Positions 10,189 to 19,700 of a stretch of DNA of 64,000 bases are shown one piece after another. Within the stretch, counting starts at the first letter, position 1, and every line of letters starts with the position of its first letter. The notes beneath the pieces are model-generated. The model worked only from the letters and a program-made list of their open reading frames with translations. It made no database searches and was not told the DNA's origin. Source of the stretch: Candidatus Poseidoniales archaeon. GTDB lineage: Archaea > Thermoplasmatota > Poseidoniia > MGIII > CG-Epi1. The translations under genes were made by a program, and so were the position numbers. The stretch covers positions 9,292 through 73,291 of the forward strand of contig JBJLBX010000018.1 in NCBI GenBank assembly GCA_045567955.1. The letters are read 5' to 3'.

Positions 10189-11744
10189 TAGTGCTTAAAA
10201 TGCCTCATACCCGTAAATACCATAGCCATCCCATTTTCATTCGCAGCATCTATAACTTCTTGATCTCTCATAGAACCTCCGGGCTGAATAACTGCAGTAA
10301 CTCCTGCCTTTGCCGCCTCATCAATTCCATCTCTAAATGGAAAAAACGCATCAGAAGACATAACTGTATCTTGTGCATTAGGAATTGATTTAAAAGTTGC
10401 AATTTTTACTGAATCTATACGTGACATTTGGCCTGCACCGATACCTACTGTAGCTTTTTGTCTAGAAAAAACTATAGCATTGCTTTTGACATGCTTGACT
10501 ATTTTCCAACCAAACTGTAATCCGTCTAATTCTTCTTTAGTTGGACTACGTTCAGTTACAATTTTACAATCTGAAATATCTATAGTTGCTTCATCCGATT
10601 CTTGCATGAGCCAGCCTTGATCTAGTGAACGTAAGCTAAAACTTCGTTCATAATTATCAAGTGAACCAGTTTCTAATACTCTTAAATTTTCTTTTTTAGA
10701 AAGAATCTCACGAGCTTCGGAAGTAAATGAAGGCGCTATTACTCCTTCTTTAAATGATGAAATAATATTTTTTGACAACTCACTATCAACGCCTCGGTTT
10801 AGAGCTATTATCCCTCCAAAAGAACTCATTGGATCTGTGTTTATTGCTAATTCATAAGCTTCTACTAAATTATCTGCGCTAGCTGCACCACAAGGATTGT
10901 TATGCTTAACAACGATAACTGTTGGTTCTTCAAATTCCGTAACCATTGCTAAAGCTGCATCAAAATCAAGAAGATTATTGTAACTTAACTGTTTACCTTG
11001 TATTTGTTCTGCATTGGAAATAGAAGGAGTTGTACTTGATAAATCTGAATAAAAAATTGCTGATTGATGTGGGTTTTCACCATATCTTAATGGAGGACTT
11101 CCTACCCCTGTAACATGTATGGATGGAGGAAGGCCTTCTTCACCAAATCTAGATCCTAGCTCAGATTGAATAGTTGTATCATATTCTGCTGTATGTCTAA
11201 AAGCTTTCAAGGCTAATTCACGTCTTTGTAATAAATTTAGGCCACCTTTTCCAATTTCATCAATAATCCAATCATAATCATCAGTATCGGTAACAACTGC
11301 AACCCTAGAATGGTTTTTGGCTGCTGCTCTCAATAAACTTGGGCCCCCTATGTCTATTTGTTCAATGATTGAATCTAAATCTAAATTTTTTGATATTGCT
11401 TCTCTGAATGGATACAAATTACAAATTATCATGTCAAAAATCCCAATATTATGTTCTTCTACCTCTTTATTGTCTTCATCTCTAGCAAGAATACCGCCAA
11501 AAATTAAAGGATGAAGTGTTTTTACACGGCCACCCATCATTTCTGGAAAATTCGTAACTGAGTCTACTGATGTTACACTTATCCCTTCATTCAAAATAAC
11601 CTGAGAAGTTCCACCTGTAGACACTATTTCAATATCTAATTTGTTTAATTCTTTAGCTAAATTTACAATCTTATTTTTATCGCTAACGCTGATTAAAACA
11701 CGAGATACTTTCCTTCTCTCCATATTATCTGAAATACTTGTCAT
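10188..11744 (-). CDS. purH: bifunctional AICAR transformylase/IMP cyclohydrolase
   Basis: Motifs LISVSDK, GRVKTLHP, IDIGGP, LRYGENPHQ, SDAFFPF and TGMRHFKH. Confidence 0.98.
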   Translation of the reverse strand: MTSISDNMERRKVSRVLISVSDKNKIVNLAKELNKLDIEIVSTGGTSQVILNEGISVTSVDSVTNFPEMMGGRVKTLHPLIFGGILARDEDNKEVEEHNIGIFDMIICNLYPFREAISKNLDLDSIIEQIDIGGPSLLRAAAKNHSRVAVVTDTDDYDWIIDEIGKGGLNLLQRRELALKAFRHTAEYDTTIQSELGSRFGEEGLPPSIHVTGVGSPPLRYGENPHQSAIFYSDLSSTTPSISNAEQIQGKQLSYNNLLDFDAALAMVTEFEEPTVIVVKHNNPCGAASADNLVEAYELAINTDPMSSFGGIIALNRGVDSELSKNIISSFKEGVIAPSFTSEAREILSKKENLRVLETGSLDNYERSFSLRSLDQGWLMQESDEATIDISDCKIVTERSPTKEELDGLQFGWKIVKHVKSNAIVFSRQKATVGIGAGQMSRIDSVKIATFKSIPNAQDTVMSSDAFFPFRDGIDEAAKAGVTAVIQPGGSMRDQEVIDAANENGMAMVFTGMRHFKH

Positions 11745-11758
11745 TAATATCAGAAAAA

Positions 11759-12442
11759 TTAAGTACTATCTGGGAGTTTCTTAAGGAAATCTCCAGGAAG
11801 CTCTTTGACCAGATAAACTGTAGTCCCGGCCTTCATTATTGCACAATCTGCCCCTTCGGCAGCTCTTACATCAACTAGCAATACTATCGGTTTACCAATT
11901 ATGTGACGGCCAGCTTCTAATGCATTTAATCTTGTACTTGAAAGATGAACCATATTTCTATCACCTGGATACAGCCCATGTTCTAGATATTCTGTCGAAT
12001 CTTCTTTGGAACAAGCAAAGTAAAGATGCTCAGGATTTTTATCAGTTGGTAGATCTAATTCTAAATCTAAAGTGTGAGCATAAGTTGCTCTTAATCTACC
12101 ATTTTTCAATTCATATCTACCCTTAGGATCTGTCTCTACGACTGCTTGTAAATGTTTAGTTTCAAGATAATGAAAATGACGTCTTTGTGACTTGACTGCA
12201 TCAATAAATTCTGAAGCTTCAAGCCATCCTTGTTTGTCCATCTCAAGATCAAATCTGTCTGGAAAATGGCGTAATACTCCAGCCATTACTCTTCCAAATT
12301 GATCTAAATGTCTTGGGGACATTACTAAAACTCCATCCTCTCCGCTTAAGGGGCACTTTTCACCTCTGAAAAAGCCATGTCCATACTTAACTTCCTCTTT
12401 CAAAGGAACTGTTGGATTTCTACGCATGTATCTCCATTGCAA
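11759..12442 (-). CDS. kptA: RNA 2'-phosphotransferase (Tpt1/KptA)
   Basis: Motifs LRHFP..F.L.MD.QGW, DPKGRYE, RATYAH and VHLS. The true start may be ATG at 12427. Confidence 0.92.
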   Translation of the reverse strand: MQWRYMRRNPTVPLKEEVKYGHGFFRGEKCPLSGEDGVLVMSPRHLDQFGRVMAGVLRHFPDRFDLEMDKQGWLEASEFIDAVKSQRRHFHYLETKHLQAVVETDPKGRYELKNGRLRATYAHTLDLELDLPTDKNPEHLYFACSKEDSTEYLEHGLYPGDRNMVHLSSTRLNALEAGRHIIGKPIVLLVDVRAAEGADCAIMKAGTTVYLVKELPGDFLKKLPDST

Positions 12443-12473
12443 CGGGTCTGTATAAGATTAGTTCTGATACGAA

Positions 12474-14081
12474 TTATTTTCGTTGAAAAGTTGTCTGAAC
12501 TGAACTTGTATTTGAAGAATCTATAATATTAGAACCTGTTAATTCTTCATTGGTAGGCACATCTAGTTCTATCCGGCCAGCTGAAAAAAGATCATGCATC
12601 TTTTGCTCTTTATCACGGCTACTCCAAAAAGCTGCTTCATCTCTACTTCCCTTGGTAACAAAAATAAAAACTTCACCGGGACGATTACGCCCCGTTCTAC
12701 CCCTTCTTTGAATCATACGTATAGCTGATGAGACTGGTTCAAAGAATACTACAACATCTGTAGAAGGTATATCTAAACCTTCTTCACCAACTGAAGTTGC
12801 AACAAGAATATTAAATTCATTTTTCCTAAACCGGTCTAATATTTTCTTCTGCTGTTTCTGAGTCATTCCTTTGTCACCTACACGAGACCCCTGACCAACA
12901 AAACGAACTGGTTTAGCTCCTTCTATTTTTTCTAAATGTTCTACAATTAATTTTGCAGTATGTCTTATTTCTGCAAAAATAATAAAACGAGAAGAACCAG
13001 AATGTATCTGGACTTCAATTAATTCAAGTAAACGCTCTAATTTTGGATGATCTGTAGGATTTGAATTTGCAATTTTCTGAGCTATCTTCCAATCTGAATT
13101 TGAAACTAACCACTTATTAGCACGACTGCCTTTCTTCTTATCTCTAGCATCTTTTTCTATTCGTGAAGTATAATCTAAGAATTGAAGCATACCCTGTGTT
13201 TCAACTGTCAGTATAGCATGTGCAACTTTCATTGCCATTGCTTGAGTTGTCATCATAGTGAATGTTTGAGGAGGAGTATTAGGCTTAGTTTTCATATAAG
13301 TTATTTGCAGTTTCTTTCCAGCTTCAATCAGCATCGTAGTCGATACTTTTCTTGGCCTATCTATAATTCCTTGTTTGTACAACTTACCACAAAGATAATT
13401 CTGTAATTTTCTTAATTGATTTGCAATATCTATAACACTAATTGGCATTTCAACACGAATCCATCGTGTTTTAATTGGTTGAATATAAGAAATTACATCG
13501 GGATCAGTATCATCTCTATTCTCTACTGCTGAAAGACCTAAATCACGGCATAATCGAATAATCTCTGGCTTTGAACTACCGGGTGATGCAGTCATACCTA
13601 TTGCTAAATGATCTTTAGAAACTGAAGAATAATGACGGCCAATTGAAACATATGCATAATTTCCAACTGCCCTATGTGCTTCATCAAAAATCACAAGGGA
13701 AAAATTCTTAAGATTCATACGCTCATTTTCTATATCTTTTGAAACAACCTGAGGTGTTGAAACTATAATTTTGGAAGAATTCCACAAGGGTTCACGGAGT
13801 TTGGGTGCGATAGCTCCAGTAAAAAGATTAATATCTACATCCAAAAATTTATTTAGAAAATCAGCATGCTGTTGAGCAAGAGGTTTTGTAGGAGCCATCA
13901 AAAGAATTTGACCACTCTCTAATCTTTCTAGGATTACTCTAAGAGCTACAACGGTTTTACCCATTCCAGTTGGCAAAATTACAAGTGTGGATTGTTCAAG
14001 ACAGGCTTGTGAAATATTAGCCTGATATTGTCTATCTTCTAAGGGGCCATCTTTCAAGAATTTGTGATTAAAAACCTTCAT
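12474..14081 (-). CDS. hef: Hef/FANCM/Mph1-type DEAH helicase (helicase domain only)
   Basis: Motifs RQYQ, LPTGMGKT, FDEAHRAVGNYAY, TASPG, TSVGEEGLDIP and IQRRGRTGR. No ERCC4 nuclease domain. Confidence 0.9.
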   Translation of the reverse strand: MKVFNHKFLKDGPLEDRQYQANISQACLEQSTLVILPTGMGKTVVALRVILERLESGQILLMAPTKPLAQQHADFLNKFLDVDINLFTGAIAPKLREPLWNSSKIIVSTPQVVSKDIENERMNLKNFSLVIFDEAHRAVGNYAYVSIGRHYSSVSKDHLAIGMTASPGSSKPEIIRLCRDLGLSAVENRDDTDPDVISYIQPIKTRWIRVEMPISVIDIANQLRKLQNYLCGKLYKQGIIDRPRKVSTTMLIEAGKKLQITYMKTKPNTPPQTFTMMTTQAMAMKVAHAILTVETQGMLQFLDYTSRIEKDARDKKKGSRANKWLVSNSDWKIAQKIANSNPTDHPKLERLLELIEVQIHSGSSRFIIFAEIRHTAKLIVEHLEKIEGAKPVRFVGQGSRVGDKGMTQKQQKKILDRFRKNEFNILVATSVGEEGLDIPSTDVVVFFEPVSSAIRMIQRRGRTGRNRPGEVFIFVTKGSRDEAAFWSSRDKEQKMHDLFSAGRIELDVPTNEELTGSNIIDSSNTSSVQTTFQRK

Positions 14082-14089
14082 TATTGGAG

Positions 14090-16363
14090 TTAAGCTTTTT
14101 TGGAAGCTTTCTTCGGTGCTTTTTTCCGTAGTGTTTCTATCAATTTACTTGCAGTCCCTTGACGACCTCCAGACAATTCACCATAGTTAGCAACATTTAC
14201 TAAATTACAAGCTCCTGCTTCCTCAAGATCTGCTTTCTTAGCTAAATTTTTAATAAAATTAATTTGTTTAGGACTTGGTGGCTTAGGCACTGAATCTGTT
14301 TTATCTCTTAAAGCTCCAATCAATTGACTTGCGGTACCTGATTTTCCGCCAGATAATTCTTCAAATTTAGAAGCACCAACTAATTTACAAGCTGATTTTT
14401 CATCAAGTTCTAAGGATTCTGCCAAACTCTGAGCATAGGACAACTGTTTAACAGATGCAGGAAGTGGAATATCCTCTGTAGCATTTTTGAGAGTATCAAT
14501 AACTTCCCCTATCCTTTCACCATTCATCTTTACTGGATCTTCATTATCTAATATTTTTTCTAATTCTGAATCTGAAACTAGGGTTGCCAATCTATGATAG
14601 TAATCTAACTGACGTTTAGTAGGTGTTTCTTTCTTTTTCTCTACTGCTTTATCATGAAGCTCCTTAAATGAAGTAACAAAACCATCCCATACTATTGCGC
14701 CATTTTGCTTTCCTGTTTCTATCTGGTCCAATTCAGATTCCATTGTTGAAGTGAATGAAGGTGAAAATAAACTAATTTTTTCTTCTTCAGAGTTATAGAA
14801 AGGTATTACTTCATCGCATAGCAAAATACCCTGGTCTGTTGGTTTTAGTCTTCCTTTGTTATCACTACAATATTTACGATCTAAAAGTTTCTTTATGGTT
14901 GCCGCATAAGTTGAAGGTCTTCCTATTCCTTCCGATTTCATTAAAGCTACCAAACCATGCTGAGTATATCTTGCAGGAGGTTTAGTTTTATCCTCAATTA
15001 GTTTAGGATTTTCATCACCTGCATCTAATTTAATGGATTTTTCCTCTAATATTTCAGGTTTAGGAGGTGAAATAGGAGGCGTTTTCTGTATTGCCTCAAA
15101 AGCAGATTCCCAACCGGGAGTGACTCTCCACTTTGTATCGCCATCTAAAGGTCTTTCAAAAGTTTCAAGATTCGCTATTAATTTCATACTTGTCCACTCA
15201 GAATCTATCATTTGACTCGCAATGAACCTGGACCAAATAAGGCGATAAAGACGCACTTGAGATTCATCTAAACCTCCTGGTAAATCAATAAGGGGATCAG
15301 TTGGACGTATTGCTTCATGAGCATCTTGAATACCTGATTTCGGTTTCCCACCAATAACTCCCTTGCCTAATAATTCTTCACCCCATTTCGATATTATTTT
15401 TTCGTGTGCCTTCTCGCGGGAAGATGCACTCGTTCGTGTTGAATCTGTTCTCATATAGGTTATGTGTCCAGCTTCATACAAACCTTGGGCAACTCTCATT
15501 GTATTGCTTGGCCTCCAACTATACTTACTACCTGCAGCTTGAAGTAAAGTATCGGTTGTAAAAGGTGGTTTCGGACGACGCTTGTAGGTATTGAGAGATA
15601 CCTTCGAAATTATTATCTGTTTCTCAAAATTTAGACTATCAAATACTTTTTGTGCTAAATCAGTACTATTTGTTCTGTGTGTATCACTTTTTCCTTTCTC
15701 ATCTTTCCAAACTAATGGATCGTCTCTATCATGGAAACGTACTCGGAAGTCTATTCCTGAAGCTATAGCTTGAACTGCCCAGTAAGGTGTTGCCACAAAT
15801 TTTTGAATCTCTTTTTCCTTGTTGACTATAAACGCCAAAGCCGGTGTTTGAACACGACCCATTGAACTAAGGCTCCAAGACCTAGCAAATCGTGAAGCTC
15901 GATAACCTATCAAACGATCCATAAATCTTCTGACTTTGGCTGCATCGACAAGGTTCATATCTACTGAACCTGCTTCATCTAAAGCATCTCTAATCGCAGT
16001 CTTAGTAATTTCATTAAAAGTTATTCTTTTGATTTCTTTAAACTCAGAAAATAATTCACTAAGTCTCCAAGCTATGAATTCACCTTCTCTGTCAGGATCA
16101 GTAGCTATTAGTACTCTTTTAACTTTCTTACTACGAGCATCTGAAAGGATTTTTTTGACATTTTTTTCAGCTCTTTCAGTCCAGCTCCAAGGAGGATCAG
16201 GTAATGCTGACTCTGTATGCTTCCACAATGCTTTACTTCCATCTTTACCTTTATTTGGTAAATCTTGAACATGACCATTTGAAGCCCTAACTAGTATATT
16301 TTTACCCAAATATTTCTGGATTGTTTTGGCTTTGGCACCGGACTCGACTACTACTAAATCCAT
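14090..16363 (-). CDS. topA: type IA DNA topoisomerase (bacterial TopA-like)
   Basis: Motifs VVVES..KA, ATDPDREGE, SMGRVQ, ITYMRTDS, QDAHEAIRPT and GIGRPSTYA. Confidence 0.95.
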   Translation of the reverse strand: MDLVVVESGAKAKTIQKYLGKNILVRASNGHVQDLPNKGKDGSKALWKHTESALPDPPWSWTERAEKNVKKILSDARSKKVKRVLIATDPDREGEFIAWRLSELFSEFKEIKRITFNEITKTAIRDALDEAGSVDMNLVDAAKVRRFMDRLIGYRASRFARSWSLSSMGRVQTPALAFIVNKEKEIQKFVATPYWAVQAIASGIDFRVRFHDRDDPLVWKDEKGKSDTHRTNSTDLAQKVFDSLNFEKQIIISKVSLNTYKRRPKPPFTTDTLLQAAGSKYSWRPSNTMRVAQGLYEAGHITYMRTDSTRTSASSREKAHEKIISKWGEELLGKGVIGGKPKSGIQDAHEAIRPTDPLIDLPGGLDESQVRLYRLIWSRFIASQMIDSEWTSMKLIANLETFERPLDGDTKWRVTPGWESAFEAIQKTPPISPPKPEILEEKSIKLDAGDENPKLIEDKTKPPARYTQHGLVALMKSEGIGRPSTYAATIKKLLDRKYCSDNKGRLKPTDQGILLCDEVIPFYNSEEEKISLFSPSFTSTMESELDQIETGKQNGAIVWDGFVTSFKELHDKAVEKKKETPTKRQLDYYHRLATLVSDSELEKILDNEDPVKMNGERIGEVIDTLKNATEDIPLPASVKQLSYAQSLAESLELDEKSACKLVGASKFEELSGGKSGTASQLIGALRDKTDSVPKPPSPKQINFIKNLAKKADLEEAGACNLVNVANYGELSGGRQGTASKLIETLRKKAPKKASKKA

Positions 16364-16417
16364 TATAGGACCGCCAGAAAGGGTGAATAAATATCTTTTT
16401 CTGATACGAAAAAGTAA

Positions 16418-16436
16418 CGGGGCCCTAAGGGCCCCG
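16418..16436. repeat. perfect GC-rich inverted repeat CGGGGCCC-TAA-GGGCCCCG; possible minus-strand terminator or regulatory hairpin
   Basis: 8-bp perfect stem in an AT-rich intergenic region, followed on the minus strand by TTACTTTTT. Confidence 0.6.
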
Positions 16437-16523
16437 AGATTATATGGAAAAATACTAAATGAATTATTTAAGTTTTAGAATGACATCTCAAACATTAAAA
16501 ATAGAAATGGTGTAAGGTTCAAT

Positions 16524-16907
16524 ATGGTACTAGAAAAATTAAAGTCTGAAAATGTTAAAATTGCATTAGTTGGCGCATCAAACGATAAAGAGAAATTCGG
16601 AAATAAAATATATCTAGATTTGAAACTAAAGGGATATGATGTAATACCAATTAATCCTAAAGAAAAATTTATCGAAGGCGATGAAACTTACTCATCATTA
16701 AATAAAATGGAAAAATTACCAGACATTGTAAATTTCGTTGTGCCACCTAGTATTGCTATAATAGTCGCTAAAGAAGCCGTAGAATTAGGAATTAAGTATC
16801 TATGGTTTCAGCCAGGTTCTGAAAGTAACGAATTAGAAAATTGGCTAAAAAGTTCAAACGAAATAAATTACCTAATAAATTCTTGTATAATGGTAAAAGC
16901 CCTATAA
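16524..16907 (+). CDS. CoA-binding protein (YccU-like)
   Basis: Motifs IALVGAS, PINP, WFQPG and CIMV. Confidence 0.9.
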   Translation: MVLEKLKSENVKIALVGASNDKEKFGNKIYLDLKLKGYDVIPINPKEKFIEGDETYSSLNKMEKLPDIVNFVVPPSIAIIVAKEAVELGIKYLWFQPGSESNELENWLKSSNEINYLINSCIMVKAL

Positions 16908-16908
16908 T

Positions 16909-19623
16909 CTAAGAAATTAAACTTTTAATTTCATTTAAGGCTTCTAAAATTTTATCTGGTGGACAAGCACCTTGTGCATACGATTCTTTACCTCCGCCAC
17001 TGCCTCCAACTAAAGATAAGGCAGATTTGAGAAGCTTACCACAATTTTGATTAACTGAATTAGATTTTGCAAGAATTACCATACCTCTATCCTTTTGAAA
17101 ACACCCGACTGCTACCAGTGCATTATCCTTAGAAGTAATTTGGCGAACAAAGTTTTGAACTTCTCCCATGTCAGTCTCACCCATATCTTGTGAATAAAAT
17201 ATTACATCATTTATTTTCTCACCTTCAAGTTCGGATGATTTGAATGTTGCCAACTCTTTTTCAAGAGATGAAACCCGGTTTCTAAGCTCCTTCCATTCTT
17301 TAACAAATTTTTGAGCAGCTAAAGGTGCCTGATCTACAGGAACTCCTAACTCTTCTGCAGTCTCTTCTAAGAGAGCTCTCTCTTTTTGAGATGCTTTGAT
17401 TGCGTCTGGCCCTGCTGAGAATTCTATTCTTTCCACACCATCCTGTATCCGCTCGGTCCTCAAAACCTTGACGGCGACTACATGGGAAGTTGAAGAAACA
17501 TGAGTACCTGCACAAGCTTGGGCATCAATTCCTGGTATTTCAACAACCCGAACATTACGATATTTAGGAGCTCCACCTTGATACAAAGTGTCTCCATATT
17601 TGCTATCAGCCTCTTCTCTACTATAAAAATCCGTACTTATTTGATAATCTTCAATAATTAGCTCATTAACATGCGCTTCTATCTTTTCAATTACTTCCAA
17701 TGATATTCTTTTATGATGTGTGATGTCCAGTCTTGCTCTATCTGGATATTTTGAAGCTCCAGCCTGCCATACATGCGTTCCAAGAATTTTTCTGGCGGCA
17801 GCACCAATAAGATGAGTTGCAGTATGATGGCGACTCAAGCCAGATCTGTGAGAATCATCAACAACTCCAGATACTATCGTTCCAACTGGAGGTAATGGAC
17901 CTTCTAAATTATGAACTACTACATCGCCTATTTTTTGGGCATCAATCATTTTGCTTTTCTCATTACTCCATTCTATGTGCCCTATATCGCTTAATTGACC
18001 TCCACCTTCTGGATAAAAAAGAGTGCTTTCTAAACAAATTTGATTGGAAGATGAATACAAAACCTTAGAAGTAAATGTACGTTTATCCATATCTTGATAG
18101 AAATCTAAATTAGTAGGTTCAATTTCTATAAAATCTAAATTCTTTTCTTTTTCCTTTGAATCGCCTTGATGCCTATCAGCCACCATTGCGAAAAAACCAT
18201 CTGGAACTGTTATTGAATGTCCTTGATTTTCAGCAAATTCGCTTACAACTGAAGGTGGTAAGCCTTGTGAATCGTAAAGCTCTAATAATTTTTGCTGGTT
18301 AATACCGCCTGTATCTAAAGCTCGCTTAACGGCACGACGGCCTCGTTCTAATGTTTTATTAAAACGCACCATTTCTAAATCAATCATATCTAATATATGG
18401 GATTTATTAGCCTTAAGTTCAGGATATGTTTTAGAAAAATTATCTATATGATTAGAGACTAGCTCTGGCAATATTTCTGAAACTCCTAAATCTCTCAATA
18501 ACAATACAGTCCTGCGAAGGACCATGCGGGCCAAATAACCTGCTTTAACATTACTAGGGACTATTCCGTCACCAAACATAAAAACTAGAGATCTACAGTG
18601 ATCTACTATCGCAAATACTTTTTCTAATGGCTCAATTGTAGAAGTGAACTCAGAAAGTGATAAATTATGACCCAATACTTTCAATCTTTCCAGGACCATT
18701 TGTCTTAATTCAGTTAAATCTGAACCATAATCTATAGATAAAACACCACAAAGTTTTGCATTCTCAGTGATTAAAGAATTCGCATTTTCCAATGTTTTTT
18801 CAAGGTTCGCTCTCTTTGTCAAGTAAGATACAATTTCTGGAAAAACAGCTTCATAGATTGTAGAGGTTCCTTGTGAGGCCCAAACTAATCTTTCAAGGCC
18901 ATAACCTGTATCAACTATGGACCTAGGCATTCTCCTAAATTTAATTCCTTTAAGCTCTATATCGCCTTCAGGATCTTCTTCCAGATCCATGAATACAAGA
19001 GTAGCTAATTCAAGACCACCGGCTAAAACTTCAAGCGCTTCACCTCCATTTCCACCACCAACCCATGGATTTTCCTTATACGTTATTTTGGAGCCTTCTA
19101 AACCAAGACTAGTATACAACTCATGACAAAGTTCAACTGTGCGATTTTGCCAGTATATCGTCTCTTCTTCATCATTAAATGCATGGTGAGCCATCATCTC
19201 AAATGTAGTTAAATGACGACCACTTCGTCCTACAGATTCTAAATCATTAAGCCTTATACATGGCTGAGAAATAGTTAAAGGATTTGCAGGAGGCTTTGAA
19301 GAACCACTAGTAACATGTGGCTGGAAAACTGCAATTGAAGCTATCGACAAATAAATGTCATTTCGCCAACGAGCAACGACTGAAGCCCTGTCGACTCTTT
19401 TATGGCTTTTTTTTTCAAAAAAAGATAAAAATGCTTCACGGGCTTCATCTAAATTCATTGGTTTAGAAAAAAGAGGTTTACCTATGAATGAATATTCGAC
19501 ACATGGAGCATCGCCACAAAGTTCAACCTCTGCAGTCGACCAAAAGAAACCGTTACACTTTGAACATTTCTGTCTAATGAAACCGGAGTCATGAAAGAAA
19601 CTTAGTGAAAGACCGTCACTCAC
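16909..19623 (-). CDS. alaS: alanine--tRNA ligase (archaeal type)
   Basis: Motifs VVARWR.DIY, FEMMAHHAFN, DTGYGLER, editing HTATH...CAGTH and C-terminal GGSGGG. Confidence 0.98.
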   Translation of the reverse strand: MSDGLSLSFFHDSGFIRQKCSKCNGFFWSTAEVELCGDAPCVEYSFIGKPLFSKPMNLDEAREAFLSFFEKKSHKRVDRASVVARWRNDIYLSIASIAVFQPHVTSGSSKPPANPLTISQPCIRLNDLESVGRSGRHLTTFEMMAHHAFNDEEETIYWQNRTVELCHELYTSLGLEGSKITYKENPWVGGGNGGEALEVLAGGLELATLVFMDLEEDPEGDIELKGIKFRRMPRSIVDTGYGLERLVWASQGTSTIYEAVFPEIVSYLTKRANLEKTLENANSLITENAKLCGVLSIDYGSDLTELRQMVLERLKVLGHNLSLSEFTSTIEPLEKVFAIVDHCRSLVFMFGDGIVPSNVKAGYLARMVLRRTVLLLRDLGVSEILPELVSNHIDNFSKTYPELKANKSHILDMIDLEMVRFNKTLERGRRAVKRALDTGGINQQKLLELYDSQGLPPSVVSEFAENQGHSITVPDGFFAMVADRHQGDSKEKEKNLDFIEIEPTNLDFYQDMDKRTFTSKVLYSSSNQICLESTLFYPEGGGQLSDIGHIEWSNEKSKMIDAQKIGDVVVHNLEGPLPPVGTIVSGVVDDSHRSGLSRHHTATHLIGAAARKILGTHVWQAGASKYPDRARLDITHHKRISLEVIEKIEAHVNELIIEDYQISTDFYSREEADSKYGDTLYQGGAPKYRNVRVVEIPGIDAQACAGTHVSSTSHVVAVKVLRTERIQDGVERIEFSAGPDAIKASQKERALLEETAEELGVPVDQAPLAAQKFVKEWKELRNRVSSLEKELATFKSSELEGEKINDVIFYSQDMGETDMGEVQNFVRQITSKDNALVAVGCFQKDRGMVILAKSNSVNQNCGKLLKSALSLVGGSGGGKESYAQGACPPDKILEALNEIKSLIS

Positions 19624-19700
19624 AAGATGGCATAGAGAGGGAACTTAAAAACTGCCGAAGGCATAACCATTAATGATGGTTTTACAAATGAGGAATATAT

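Noticed and set aside
12474..14081. Hef as a truncated pseudogene
   Set aside because: All helicase motifs are intact, the stop is clean, no ERCC4 remnant follows, and nuclease-less Hef is known in Thermoplasmata.
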